From Waddliaceae bacterium (lineage in GTDB: Bacteria; Chlamydiota; Chlamydiia; Chlamydiales; SLFE01), in the NCBI GenBank assembly GCA_963783885.1, contig CAWAPJ010000002.1, positions 122,050-146,789 of the forward strand: a stretch of 24,740 nt of DNA, in the 5' to 3' direction. Below, one piece after another: positions 1-8,904 of the stretch. The notes under the pieces are model-generated. The model was given only the letters and a program-made list of their open reading frames with translations. It was not told where the DNA came from and made no database searches. Position 1 is the stretch's first letter, and each line of letters begins with the position of its first letter. A program made the position numbers and the translations under genes.

Positions 1-1
1 T

Positions 2-373
2 AATCCCGGCCCTCCTCAACAGCACTGCTTAAACGAAATTGTGGCCGCAAGCTGCAAGTTGCATGATGGATCTGTCGTGATGATTGACGATTGCAACATT
101 CCCGGAGGAGGAAAGGGAAAACTGGCCATCGAGTGGCTTTTGGAGAGGGGGTGGGTGAAGCTGACCAACCGCCATCAAGTGATTCTTGTTAAGAATGTAA
201 GCATGCAGCGATCGACGTCCCGGGATAACTTGCGGGGGCTTTGGCCTGCGGCGTTGTCTTGCTTCAACAACCCCAGAAGGGGTTGTCTGCGTCGGACGCC
301 TTGCAGCCCTTTGCCCGCGCAGTGTTCTTCCGGGAAGTATTCCACCGAACACTTACAGAAAAATTCTCTATGA
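2..373 (+). CDS. 5'-truncated putative class I SAM-dependent methyltransferase-like protein, with a C-terminal extension read through a palindromic element
   Basis: Frame is open from base 2 (NPGPPQQHCLNEIVAASCKLHDGSVVMIDDCNIPGGGKGKLAIEWLLERGW...). 'LHDGSVVMIDD' resembles the L..GG.IVxDD strand of Methyltransf_24-like enzymes. The stop overlaps the next ATG (ATGA 370-373). Confidence 0.6.
   Translation, partial: NPGPPQQHCLNEIVAASCKLHDGSVVMIDDCNIPGGGKGKLAIEWLLERGWVKLTNRHQVILVKNVSMQRSTSRDNLRGLWPAALSCFNNPRRGCLRRTPCSPLPAQCSSGKYSTEHLQKNSL
218..336. repeat. ~120-bp imperfect palindromic (REP/MITE-like) element
   Basis: Central perfect hairpin ACAACCCC-AGAA-GGGGTTGT (267-286). Outer arms GCGGGGGCTTTGGCCTGCGGCGT and ACGCCTTGCAGCCCTTTGCCCGCGC are imperfectly complementary, and TCCCGG/CCGGGA closes the element. 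Confidence 0.7.
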
Positions 374-1383
374 TTGGACTAATTTCCATCCTTTTGGCTC
401 TTCATCACGCCGATTTTCGGGTGAATGAGTGGCAGCAAACAAACTTCATTTGGGATTTTGCCCTCATTTCCCTTTGCGATAAAGGAGTTCCTGAAAGTCC
501 GGTTCAATACTTTGAATCTGATCCGGATTTTGATCCATCTCTTTATCAGAACATTCAAAGCGGCGATATCGTCTGGATCAAATGCCGTCATATCCCTCGG
601 TTTTATGAGGAGGTTCTTCCTTATGTCAAGTATCCTTTCATCGCTCTTATAAGCGATGGCGACGAATCGTTTCCGACTGATATTCCGGATAGTTTTAATG
701 CCGTCGACTTTATTGAAAATGACATGGTCTTTCATATCTTTGCGCAAAATGCCGACGGTCCCAAAGAAAAAGCGAGCCCCATTCCCATTGGGATTGACTT
801 CCATACGATAGGTTATAAGAGCGCCAACGGGGGCTGGGGAGAAACCGGCACCCCTCGCCAGCAGGAAGATGCCCTCGTCTCTCTTTTAGAGAGGCTGCCT
901 CCTACCCGCCAGAGGAAAAAAAGAATTTTTGTCGATTTTCATCATTCGGATACGATGCATGGCGAATTTCAGAGATATTTGCAGTTCAAAGAGGATCGGA
1001 CGTCAATTTTTCACCGGCTGCTGGCGACCGGCCTTGTCGACCACTCGGAATTTATGAAGCGTACGCAATTGTGGGAGACAAAGGGGCAGTATGCCTTCTC
1101 TGTCAGCCCCCACGGGAACGGACTCGACTGCCACCGCACGTGGGAGGATCTGGCGCTTGGCTGCATTGTGATTGTGAAGACATCGCCGCTGGACCCTCTC
1201 TATGAAGGGCTGCCGGTGGTTATCGTAAATGACTGGTCGGAGATCAACGAAGCCAATTTGAACATCTGGCTTGAAAAATTTGGCGATGCCTCTGCCAACC
1301 CTTCTTATCGCGAGAAGTTAACGGTCCGTTACTGGTTCGGGAAAATCCTGGCAAAAAAAACAGAGTTGGAGAACGAGCGATGA
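370..1383 (+). CDS. Exostosin/GT47-like putative glycosyltransferase
   Basis: C-terminal motif YAFSVSPHGNGLDCHRTWEDLALGCIVIV is typical of exostosin-like GT47 domains. ATG at 370 (hydrophobic N-terminus MIGLISILLAL) is preferred over TTG at 241, which lies inside the palindrome and the upstream CDS. ATGA overlaps at both ends. Confidence 0.75.
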   Translation: MIGLISILLALHHADFRVNEWQQTNFIWDFALISLCDKGVPESPVQYFESDPDFDPSLYQNIQSGDIVWIKCRHIPRFYEEVLPYVKYPFIALISDGDESFPTDIPDSFNAVDFIENDMVFHIFAQNADGPKEKASPIPIGIDFHTIGYKSANGGWGETGTPRQQEDALVSLLERLPPTRQRKKRIFVDFHHSDTMHGEFQRYLQFKEDRTSIFHRLLATGLVDHSEFMKRTQLWETKGQYAFSVSPHGNGLDCHRTWEDLALGCIVIVKTSPLDPLYEGLPVVIVNDWSEINEANLNIWLEKFGDASANPSYREKLTVRYWFGKILAKKTELENER

Positions 1384-2417
1384 TCCGAAAATGGCTTTTC
1401 TTCCTGTTTATTGTTGCTGCTTCCTCTCATGCGGAAATACCGGAGAAGGTGCTTATCTTGGGCGTCTGCAAGGACGTAGAAGGCCAGCTTCCCCGAACCA
1501 TCAAGATCATGGAACATATCGGGTCTTTGTTTGAAGATTACCGGGTGATCGTCTATGAGAACAACTCTTCCGATAAGACACCGGCCCTGCTGAAGCGGTG
1601 GGCAAAAAGAAATTCCCGAGTTTCTTATCAGTCGGAAAAGCTTTCAAAAAAGGAATTGCAGGACATAGTTGTCAATGTCGATGAAAAGGGAAAATTTTTC
1701 CGCCCCGAGTTGATCGCGCGGGCGAGAAATATCGTTTTAGACAAAGCTTTGAGTGAAGACTACGAGGGTTTTGACTACCTCATTTGGATGGATATGGATT
1801 TTATCGTGCCTCCAAAATATGAGGGAATTGTCGAAGTTTTTCACGATGAAAGGGAGTGGGACGCGGTTTTCGCTTATGGAGTAGATTCTAAGGGATACTA
1901 TTGGGACTGGTATGCTTTTCGCGATGGTGTTTATCCTTTGGGCCCGGAAATTCTGGGCAATAGATGGTGGTATATGGATAAAAAATTTTTCCTTTCCCAA
2001 AAAGACGACTGGTATCCCGTCTACTCGGCATTCGGGGGATGCGGCATTTACAAAAAATCATCTGTCCTCGGCTGCAGATATTCGGCTCTTGTGAATGAAG
2101 AATTGGAAGTCATTGTTAAAAGAATCATAGATAGTCAGGATGAGAATCCGTTTGTGATCGAATATCTGGCCAGTTTACAAGATACAGACAAGCCGTTTTT
2201 GCTTGCTCCTCAGGCTCCCGGATTGCCGCGCTTTGAAAATCCAAACGACGGGTTTGTTTTGTTTGATGATCCAGAAGCCGTTGTTTGGAGAATGAGCACT
2301 TTTTTCTATCAGTACCCGACAGTCTGTGAACATGTCCCCTTTCATGCGGCTATGATAGCAAAAGGACATGACAAGATCTTCATCAATCCCAGAATGATTT
2401 TTCGTTATGGAAAGTGA
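1380..2417 (+). CDS. GT-A fold glycosyltransferase, CAP59/cryptococcal mannosyltransferase-like
   Basis: Motifs VYENNSSDKT, IARARNIVLD, DxD (WMDMD), PVYSAFGGCGIYK, CEHVPFH and IFINP. Signal-peptide-like N-terminus MIRKWLFFLFIVAASSHA. Confidence 0.75.
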   Translation: MIRKWLFFLFIVAASSHAEIPEKVLILGVCKDVEGQLPRTIKIMEHIGSLFEDYRVIVYENNSSDKTPALLKRWAKRNSRVSYQSEKLSKKELQDIVVNVDEKGKFFRPELIARARNIVLDKALSEDYEGFDYLIWMDMDFIVPPKYEGIVEVFHDEREWDAVFAYGVDSKGYYWDWYAFRDGVYPLGPEILGNRWWYMDKKFFLSQKDDWYPVYSAFGGCGIYKKSSVLGCRYSALVNEELEVIVKRIIDSQDENPFVIEYLASLQDTDKPFLLAPQAPGLPRFENPNDGFVLFDDPEAVVWRMSTFFYQYPTVCEHVPFHAAMIAKGHDKIFINPRMIFRYGK

Positions 2418-3009
2418 TCGGGAGGCAGGGCGGCAAGCACATTATTGGGGTATTCCCCTTCATCTCCTCCATCGACATATGTGATGATATAATAGGGATT
2501 GACTTCCAGAACTTTTTCTATAATATCGTCAAGCGTTAGGAAATCGAACAATAATGTTCCGCAACAATGCAAATCGTCGATGAGAATGATATGCGACTTG
2601 ATCGGATGCTCCTTAATCTGATCCAACTCTTCCATCAGTGGAGAATTTTTTACATCCACAGCTTCAGGATCGGGGAAGCCGTTATGCGCGTCTAACCAAA
2701 AAGTGATCGGCTCATGGATCGTTTCGATAATGTCGCGTAGCTGATAACTGGAATCTTTATAATAAACATGTACTCTTTTGTCTTTGGAAAAATCTTTTTT
2801 TGCGTCTTGAATGCAAATAGGATCAATATCGCATGAGTGAACCTCCTCAAAACCGGCTTCTAGCGCAAGACGGACTCCGGATCCTCCGAAATTCCAGTTT
2901 CGACAAACACGCGATTTTGATTGAAGGCGTGAAATCCTTGAGGGCCGATATTTCCCCAGCACATGAGAGGGATTGCCATATATAAGAAAAGTTGTATCAG
3001 TCTCATCAT
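2405..3009 (-). pseudogene. Frameshifted class I methyltransferase-like protein (1-bp deletion at ~2891-2892; true pseudogene or sequence error)
   Basis: From ATG 3009 the frame reads MMRLIQLFLYMAIPLMCWGNIGPQGFHAFNQNRVFVETG. After a 2-base codon it continues in the listed ORF frame FGGSGVRLALEAGFEEVHSCD...FWLDAH...ILIDDLH. Joining restores a VETGxFGGSG SAM-binding motif I and gives ~201 aa. Confidence 0.75.
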
Positions 3010-3049
3010 GATCTAAAAAATACATGAATCAAGTTAAATCTTAAAGAAA

Positions 3050-4885
3050 TTAATCGCCGCGTGAAAGATGAGATTGATAGGCATAGCGGGAATTGTAGTA
3101 TCTTTCCAGTTCGTGGGAAATTTTGGCGGAGGGTTCTTCGAAGCTCTCTTCTTTTTTGATAATCGCGATATCTTCTTTGATGAGGCGGTGGAAATTATTC
3201 TGCAAAAGCTCGAGCGTGGTTGTTTCCGGCTTTGACAGATCCATCTCGAGTTCTTTTTGAAAGGCAAGGACCTGCCTGAAACAACATGTTTGGACATTTT
3301 GCTCGAAATTCTTGAGCAGCGGCGGCGCAAAGCCGATTTTTTCGGAAAAATGCTGCAAATAAAGAGCGACTGCGGCTTCCCCAAGGACTTGCCCTTGAAG
3401 CAAAATGAATTTGAGGGTTGCCTTTTCAACTTTTGTTTGGGGCTGGCTAAGCTGCATGGTGATCTCGTCAAAAGCGTGGGAAAGCGCTCTTTGCAAAATG
3501 TCTGAGCTGGCTTGGTAGCGCTTTTTCGGCTCCCCCTGGTGCAAGTCGGGATTTTGTTTGTCCTGCCATTCCTGGTGCAGTTTTTCATAGGGAAATTCGA
3601 TAAAGAATTTGTTGATCAGGTGATGGGTTTGGGAGAGAAAATCAAACGGCGACGGGTGGTTTTCCAGATGACTGTAAAAGCTGCTCAGCCGTTTGGCAAC
3701 CTGTTTTTTATCAAGACCGCTATAGGGGGCGGCTGATATGATCTCAGAACTGAGCTGGTAGTGGAGATCGACAAGCTGTTCCCCCTGCTGCTCAAAGGCC
3801 CGTTTTTTTAATTTTAGCAGCTCTTTGGCTTTCAGGTTGAGTCTTTTCCCGGGAAGCAAATCCGAGGCGATCTGCTTTTTAATATTTTGAATTCCCTGAA
3901 AACGGGTAAGAAGATCCATTCGCAGCGGGTGGTCGGGAATCAGGGAATTAGAAAGGGCCCATCCTGTATATTGAGAGGAGTGGGGGAAGCCGGTTTGCGT
4001 GACGATTGTCGACACGCGGAAACTGCCCGGGTCGGGAACGCTGGAAACGGCCCTCTCGTCGCTTCTTTTAAACTGACCTTGAACAGTAATAACCTCTCCG
4101 GGAAAGGGAGTGAGCATCTGCACCATCGAGATTACCGATGTTGACGCGTCCCCTTCCGTTTCCATAGCGGTTATGGGAGCCTGCCGCATCAGTTCATTCA
4201 AGTCTTTGCCGAGTTCAGGAGGGAGCTTGGATTTTTCCGCAAGTGTAATTGCCCTCATATAAAAGATGTCTCGTTCGGTTTTGGAATATTCGACATTTTT
4301 TCCCTGTTTCAGGCTTGAGGCGATTTTATCGATTTTGATGTCGTCGGAAGATTCCGTAATGGAATCAAACCGCAGAAAGATTTCACTAGGTATGTCGATC
4401 AAATTGCCGCAGATTTCATCATCGATCAAGGAAATTCCGGAAGCGTCGTAGAGCAACTGAAGGAATCTTTGTCTAAAACCTTGGTGGCCATGTTTGATTT
4501 CGATCAGAATTTCGTTATAGCAATTGATAATATCGAGTGCATTTTTAGCCCATTGTTTCTTATCTTTGCCTCCTCTTTTCAGCTTTTGAATGATGCGATA
4601 GTGTTTTTTGATTGTTTCGATCGAGTTGATGAGTTCTTGCTTGATTCTCCGCTTCCTTTTCATGGCCTCTTGTCTAAACGAGGGGAGAAAAGACCGTGTC
4701 AGACAGAAAATCGTTTCCGCGGCAGGCGCCGGCCGAAAGACAAGGCCGCCGGTTTCGACAGAAATGTCAAATATATGCGGGGCAGTCTCTTTGGCTGCGT
4801 CGACGACAGCTTTTAAGTTGTCGACAGCCACGCTCAATACCGCCGTGAGATTGGTGTGATTGTTATTGGAGGGGGCATTACTCAC
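3050..4885 (-). CDS. Hypothetical protein, 611 aa
   Basis: Long ORF with a GTG start preceded by a GAGGA RBS. Co-oriented downstream of the pseudouridine synthase. No motif recognised. Confidence 0.8.
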   Translation of the reverse strand: MSNAPSNNNHTNLTAVLSVAVDNLKAVVDAAKETAPHIFDISVETGGLVFRPAPAAETIFCLTRSFLPSFRQEAMKRKRRIKQELINSIETIKKHYRIIQKLKRGGKDKKQWAKNALDIINCYNEILIEIKHGHQGFRQRFLQLLYDASGISLIDDEICGNLIDIPSEIFLRFDSITESSDDIKIDKIASSLKQGKNVEYSKTERDIFYMRAITLAEKSKLPPELGKDLNELMRQAPITAMETEGDASTSVISMVQMLTPFPGEVITVQGQFKRSDERAVSSVPDPGSFRVSTIVTQTGFPHSSQYTGWALSNSLIPDHPLRMDLLTRFQGIQNIKKQIASDLLPGKRLNLKAKELLKLKKRAFEQQGEQLVDLHYQLSSEIISAAPYSGLDKKQVAKRLSSFYSHLENHPSPFDFLSQTHHLINKFFIEFPYEKLHQEWQDKQNPDLHQGEPKKRYQASSDILQRALSHAFDEITMQLSQPQTKVEKATLKFILLQGQVLGEAAVALYLQHFSEKIGFAPPLLKNFEQNVQTCCFRQVLAFQKELEMDLSKPETTTLELLQNNFHRLIKEDIAIIKKEESFEEPSAKISHELERYYNSRYAYQSHLSRGD

Positions 4886-4932
4886 TTGTCATTCCTCTTC
4901 TTAAGGTCACAATACCTCGGGCAAGCGGTTTT

Positions 4933-5640
4933 CTACAAGAGGACTTCGTCGATTTCAGAAGGACTTAAAGGTCTATAAGATCCTAACGGCAAGTCTCCTA
5001 AGATAAAATGCCCAAGCCGTATCCGCTTCAGGTTCCTGACTCCTAGACCGGCATTTTCCATCAACTGCCTCACTTCATGCTTTTTCCCTTCCATGACCGT
5101 GATTCGTATCGTCCCTTTGCGCACCTTTTTGACTTTGACCGGTTTGACAAAGGTTCTTTCTACAACCGTTCCTGAAGAGAGGGCTTCAAGGTGCCCGGGG
5201 GTCACTTCCCGGTCGGTTTTCACGAGATACTCTTTCTGCACTTCATAGGAGGGATGGATGAGTTTTTGGGCAAAGAGACCGTCATTGGTGATGATAATCA
5301 AACCCTCGGTATCCTTGTCCAGACGTCCGACGGTGAAAAGGCGTCCATCCTTATTCTGGAACAGATCGACGACAAGTTTTGATCTGCCGGTCATTCGTTT
5401 ATTGGAACAAATATACCCTGCGGGTTTGTTGAGAAGGTAATAAACTTTTTTCTCCTCACCGCGGATTTTTTCACCGTCGACCTCGATGGTGTCATCCTGC
5501 CAGGATACCAGTGTTTGGGGGAGGAGAACCGTTTCGCCGTTGACCGAAACCCTTCCGTCGAAAATCATCTGTTCGCATCCTCGGCGGGAACCCACCCCTG
5601 CGGCGGACAAAGCTTTACTTAATCTTTTTTTTTCATTCAT
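4933..5640 (-). CDS. rluB: rRNA pseudouridine synthase, RsuA/RluB family
   Basis: N-terminal S4 domain (RLSKALSAAGVGSRRGCE...GRVSVNG), LNKPAG, catalytic VGRLDKDTEGL, and EGKKHEVR. Confidence 0.9.
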   Translation of the reverse strand: MNEKKRLSKALSAAGVGSRRGCEQMIFDGRVSVNGETVLLPQTLVSWQDDTIEVDGEKIRGEEKKVYYLLNKPAGYICSNKRMTGRSKLVVDLFQNKDGRLFTVGRLDKDTEGLIIITNDGLFAQKLIHPSYEVQKEYLVKTDREVTPGHLEALSSGTVVERTFVKPVKVKKVRKGTIRITVMEGKKHEVRQLMENAGLGVRNLKRIRLGHFILGDLPLGSYRPLSPSEIDEVLL

Positions 5641-5694
5641 ATAAAGTAAAAATATTATAGCTTGAATTCATTTAAAACTCAATCGGGGGAATCA

Positions 5695-6378
5695 ATGAAC
5701 CGTTTAATTTTAATCAGACACGGCCAATCGCTTTGGAATTTAAAAAATGTATTTACCGGCTGGGTGGATGTGCCCCTCTCATCCAAGGGGATCGAAGAGG
5801 CCCTTGAGGCGGGGGAGAGCATCAAGGATATTCCGATCGATGTCATCTATACCACTCCTCTCCATCGAGCCTCCAGCACCGCCATGCTGGCCATGAGCAA
5901 ACACCACAGTGGCAAGACGCCGGTGATTCTTCACCCCGGTGAAGGGAAAATGGAAGAGTGGGCAGCAATCAACAGTGAAGAAATGCGGAAAAATATCATT
6001 TACGTCCACATTGCCTGGCAGCTCAATGAGCGGATGTACGGGTCGCTGCAAGGGATGAACAAGGATGAAATGAGGAAAAAATTCGGCGCCGAACAGGTCC
6101 ATATTTGGCGGCGCAGCTTTGAAACCAAGCCGCCTGAAGGCGAAAGTTTAAAAATGACGACTGCAAGGGCCATCCCCTATTTTAAAGAAAAGATTATTCC
6201 CCACCTCGAGCGGGGGGAAAACGTGATGATCTCGGCGCACGGAAATTCCTTACGCTCAATCATTATGCACCTTGATCAATTATCGGGCGACGAGGTAGTA
6301 TCTTTAGAGATTCCGACAGGGCTTCCAATCATTTATGAATATCAAAAAGGCAAGTTTACTCGGAAAACCGATTTTTAA
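5695..6378 (+). CDS. gpmA: 2,3-bisphosphoglycerate-dependent phosphoglycerate mutase
   Basis: RHGQS phosphohistidine motif, FTGWVDVPL, LNERMYG and AHGNSLR. ATG 5695 is preceded by a GGGGGA RBS. Confidence 0.95.
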   Translation: MNRLILIRHGQSLWNLKNVFTGWVDVPLSSKGIEEALEAGESIKDIPIDVIYTTPLHRASSTAMLAMSKHHSGKTPVILHPGEGKMEEWAAINSEEMRKNIIYVHIAWQLNERMYGSLQGMNKDEMRKKFGAEQVHIWRRSFETKPPEGESLKMTTARAIPYFKEKIIPHLERGENVMISAHGNSLRSIIMHLDQLSGDEVVSLEIPTGLPIIYEYQKGKFTRKTDF

Positions 6379-7538
6379 TGATGGCTAAAACAATTTATTT
6401 TGATAACAGCACGGCCACCAAACCGTCTGACGAAGCGGTGGGCCGCATGATGACGTTTCTGACCCGGAAGTGGGGAACCCCTGCGGTTCCTCATGCTTGG
6501 GGAAACAGGCTTCTTGCTCCGATGGAAGAGAGCCTGCGCTCGATATACAGGATGCTTGGCGCCGGGGAAAACGACCACTTTGTTTTCACCTCTTCGGGAG
6601 CGGAAGCGGTCAACCACGTTCTGCATGCCGCCTACGCCGACATCACTTTGCCTACAGGGCGCAATCAATTTCTGACGTCGAACACCGACGAGGCGCCGCA
6701 GATTATGGCAATGAGCAATCTCGAGAAGCTCGGAGTTGCCAAGACTCTTGTTAAAGTCAGCGAAAACGGAGTTGTCACTGCCGAAGCGCTTGGAGATGCC
6801 CTGACTCCCCGGTCGGCTATTTTTTCCCTTTCATGGGCCTCGGGGCTTACCGGTGTCATCCATCCTGTGCAGGAGCTTGCCGAAGTTTGCAAAAAGCGGG
6901 GCGTTTTGTTCCATCTCGACGCTTCCCATGTTCTCGGCAAGCTTTACTTTGAGCCCGAAGAGGTCGGGGCCGATATCATCACATTCGAAGGAAGCCTCCT
7001 TCACGCTCCTCAAGGCACCGGCGGGCTTTGGTGGAGAGACGGACTGGATTTAAGTTCTTTCATTGCCGGGGGAACCGAGCAAGCCTCCAAACGGGCCGGC
7101 CCTCCGAACCCGGCAGGTCTTGCCGCACTTGCGGCGGCCTCCGAGCAGCTCCTTGACTCGCGGGACCTTCTTTCGATGGAAGGGGCAAGGCTTAAGGTCC
7201 GTTTGGAAGATAAAATCAAAGAGGGGTATCCCGAAGCTGTTGTTTTCTTTGCCGATCAGGAGAGGCTGCCCCATGTGACGGCTATCGGTTTTCCCGGAAT
7301 CTCCAACGAGGCGCTTCTGTTTTCCCTTTCGGAGCAGAATGTTTTCGCCAGCATAGGAGGGGGAAACTTTCAACAGATCGGCCTGATTTTAGAAGCCAGC
7401 GGCATCGATTCCCATCTGGCCCACACCGCGATTAGCTTCAGTTTGTCCCGCGAGACAACTGACGAACAGATTGACCTGGCGGCAAAAATCATTGTCGATG
7501 CAGCTGTTAAACTCCGCAAAACCTCCACTTTTATATGA
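6378..7538 (+). CDS. NifS/IscS-like class V aminotransferase-fold protein with a degenerate active site
   Basis: IYFDN, FTSSGAEA, LFHLDA and SFSLSRETT match the NifS fold. The PLP-lysine motif reads EGSLLHAPQG and the catalytic-Cys loop reads IGGGNF. Confidence 0.85.
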   Translation: MMAKTIYFDNSTATKPSDEAVGRMMTFLTRKWGTPAVPHAWGNRLLAPMEESLRSIYRMLGAGENDHFVFTSSGAEAVNHVLHAAYADITLPTGRNQFLTSNTDEAPQIMAMSNLEKLGVAKTLVKVSENGVVTAEALGDALTPRSAIFSLSWASGLTGVIHPVQELAEVCKKRGVLFHLDASHVLGKLYFEPEEVGADIITFEGSLLHAPQGTGGLWWRDGLDLSSFIAGGTEQASKRAGPPNPAGLAALAAASEQLLDSRDLLSMEGARLKVRLEDKIKEGYPEAVVFFADQERLPHVTAIGFPGISNEALLFSLSEQNVFASIGGGNFQQIGLILEASGIDSHLAHTAISFSLSRETTDEQIDLAAKIIVDAAVKLRKTSTFI

Positions 7539-8306
7539 GCCTTCAAGCATTGATACAGTCATTTCCCTGGGCCAGGTACAGCCAAAAACTCAAAGAGAAA
7601 ATTCTTAGGTTCCGAAATGCCGGCCGCTTCACTTCCGAGGATGCAGGCGAAAGGGGGATGCGCCTTGCGGTTGGTTTCGACGGTTCGATTGACGACGGCA
7701 ATGCTGTCACGCCTTTACTGGCTTGTGGATCCCGAAGACGGCGTTATCGTCGATGCCAAGTTTCAGGTATTCGGGCAGTCGGCTCTTATTGGAGCCGCCG
7801 AGGCTGCCTGCGAAGTTTTGATCGGAAAAAATTACGAGCAGGCCAAAAGAGTCGGCGAAGGCCTTATCGACCGCCGCCTTCGTGACAATCCCGACGAGCC
7901 GGCGTTTCCCTGGGAGACCGGCCCTCATATCAATCTTGTGCTCGGCGCGATCGACGAGGCCGCCGGCAAATGCCTCGATATTCCCGTTGCGGCAAGCTAC
8001 GAAGCTCCCCCTGCTCCAGAGCCCGGGAAAATCGCTTCGGAAGAGTTTCCCGGATGGAAAAACCTTTCGACAGAAGAGAAAGTGAAGATCATCAACGAAG
8101 TCCTCGACCACGAAATTCGGCCTTACATCGCTTTGGATGCAGGCGGTGTGGAAGTTGTCCGGCTGGAAGAGGATCAAAAGCTGTTCATCGCCTACCAGGG
8201 AGCCTGCACCTCCTGCATGTCGTCTGTCGGCGCCACCCTCTCCTACATACAGCAAACCCTTCGGAGCAAGCTTTCCGCCGACATCACAGTGATTCCGGAG
8301 ATGTGA
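7535..8306 (+). pseudogene. nifU: NifU-like protein (IscU-like N-domain + NifU-C/Nfu domain), split by a +1 frameshift at ~7709-7713
   Basis: ORF 7535 gives ...KILRFRNAG...GSIDDGNAVT, then the other frame continues LYWLVDPEDGVIVDAKFQVFG...IRPYIALDAGGVE...YQGACTSC. The span is 772 bp (3n+1); removing one base gives 256 aa. Confidence 0.8.
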
Positions 8307-8307
8307 T

Positions 8308-8904
8308 GTGAAAACTTATCTATCGAGTACTTTTCTGCCGCAGGAAATGATACGATACGTCCTTTCCAAGCTTTCTTTCTATGATCTTGTGAAACTCGGT
8401 CCTGTGTGCAAAGAAATTGAAAGTCTTAAACGTGATCTGTTAAAAAATATCCCTTTGGAGCAGCTAAAGCTTGCTTTAAGTTTCCACAAACTATCAAAAA
8501 TCGAAATCAAGGAAAGCTCTCAGTGTGTAGGCTGTTTAATTCCTGACGTTTTAGAAAAGTGTCAAATTCCCTGGAGAAAACAATCAATCAATGTGACCCA
8601 ATTTCCTAAAGAAATAACACAAGAAAATTTTCAAGAACTTCAATCTCCTGTATTCCGAGTTAAGGATCAAACCCGCAAGATATATTTCACACTATTTTCT
8701 AGTGACTGTGTAACTGAAGAATCCAAAATACTCACAATCTATCCCAGTACAAAAGACCGATGGATGGTTTATCCTCTTAGAACTTTTGGTAAGAATAATT
8801 GGATATGCGACCAGAAAATTGTTTGGCAGCTCTCTCAAATTTTTTTAAACAGACATCCAAGGTACAAACTTAGAGTTTTTCAAACTGATCATAAGCTTCT
8901 TTAG
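8308..8904 (+). CDS. Putative F-box-domain protein (eukaryote-like effector candidate)
   Basis: N-terminal FLPQEMIRYVLSKLSFYDLVKLGPVCKEI fits the F-box pattern LPxE...I..L...DL....VCK. Visibly more AT-rich than the upstream genes. Confidence 0.65.
   Translation: MKTYLSSTFLPQEMIRYVLSKLSFYDLVKLGPVCKEIESLKRDLLKNIPLEQLKLALSFHKLSKIEIKESSQCVGCLIPDVLEKCQIPWRKQSINVTQFPKEITQENFQELQSPVFRVKDQTRKIYFTLFSSDCVTEESKILTIYPSTKDRWMVYPLRTFGKNNWICDQKIVWQLSQIFLNRHPRYKLRVFQTDHKLL

Noticed and set aside
241-369. Extended N-terminus of the GT47-like ORF (TTG start at 241)
   Set aside because: Lies inside the palindrome and the upstream CDS. ATG 370 gives an ATGA overlap and a hydrophobic leader.
7617-7706. Independent start for a 229-aa NifU ORF
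   Set aside because: Its first ~30 residues are out-of-frame sequence. The NifU-like N-terminus is in the ORF starting at 7535.
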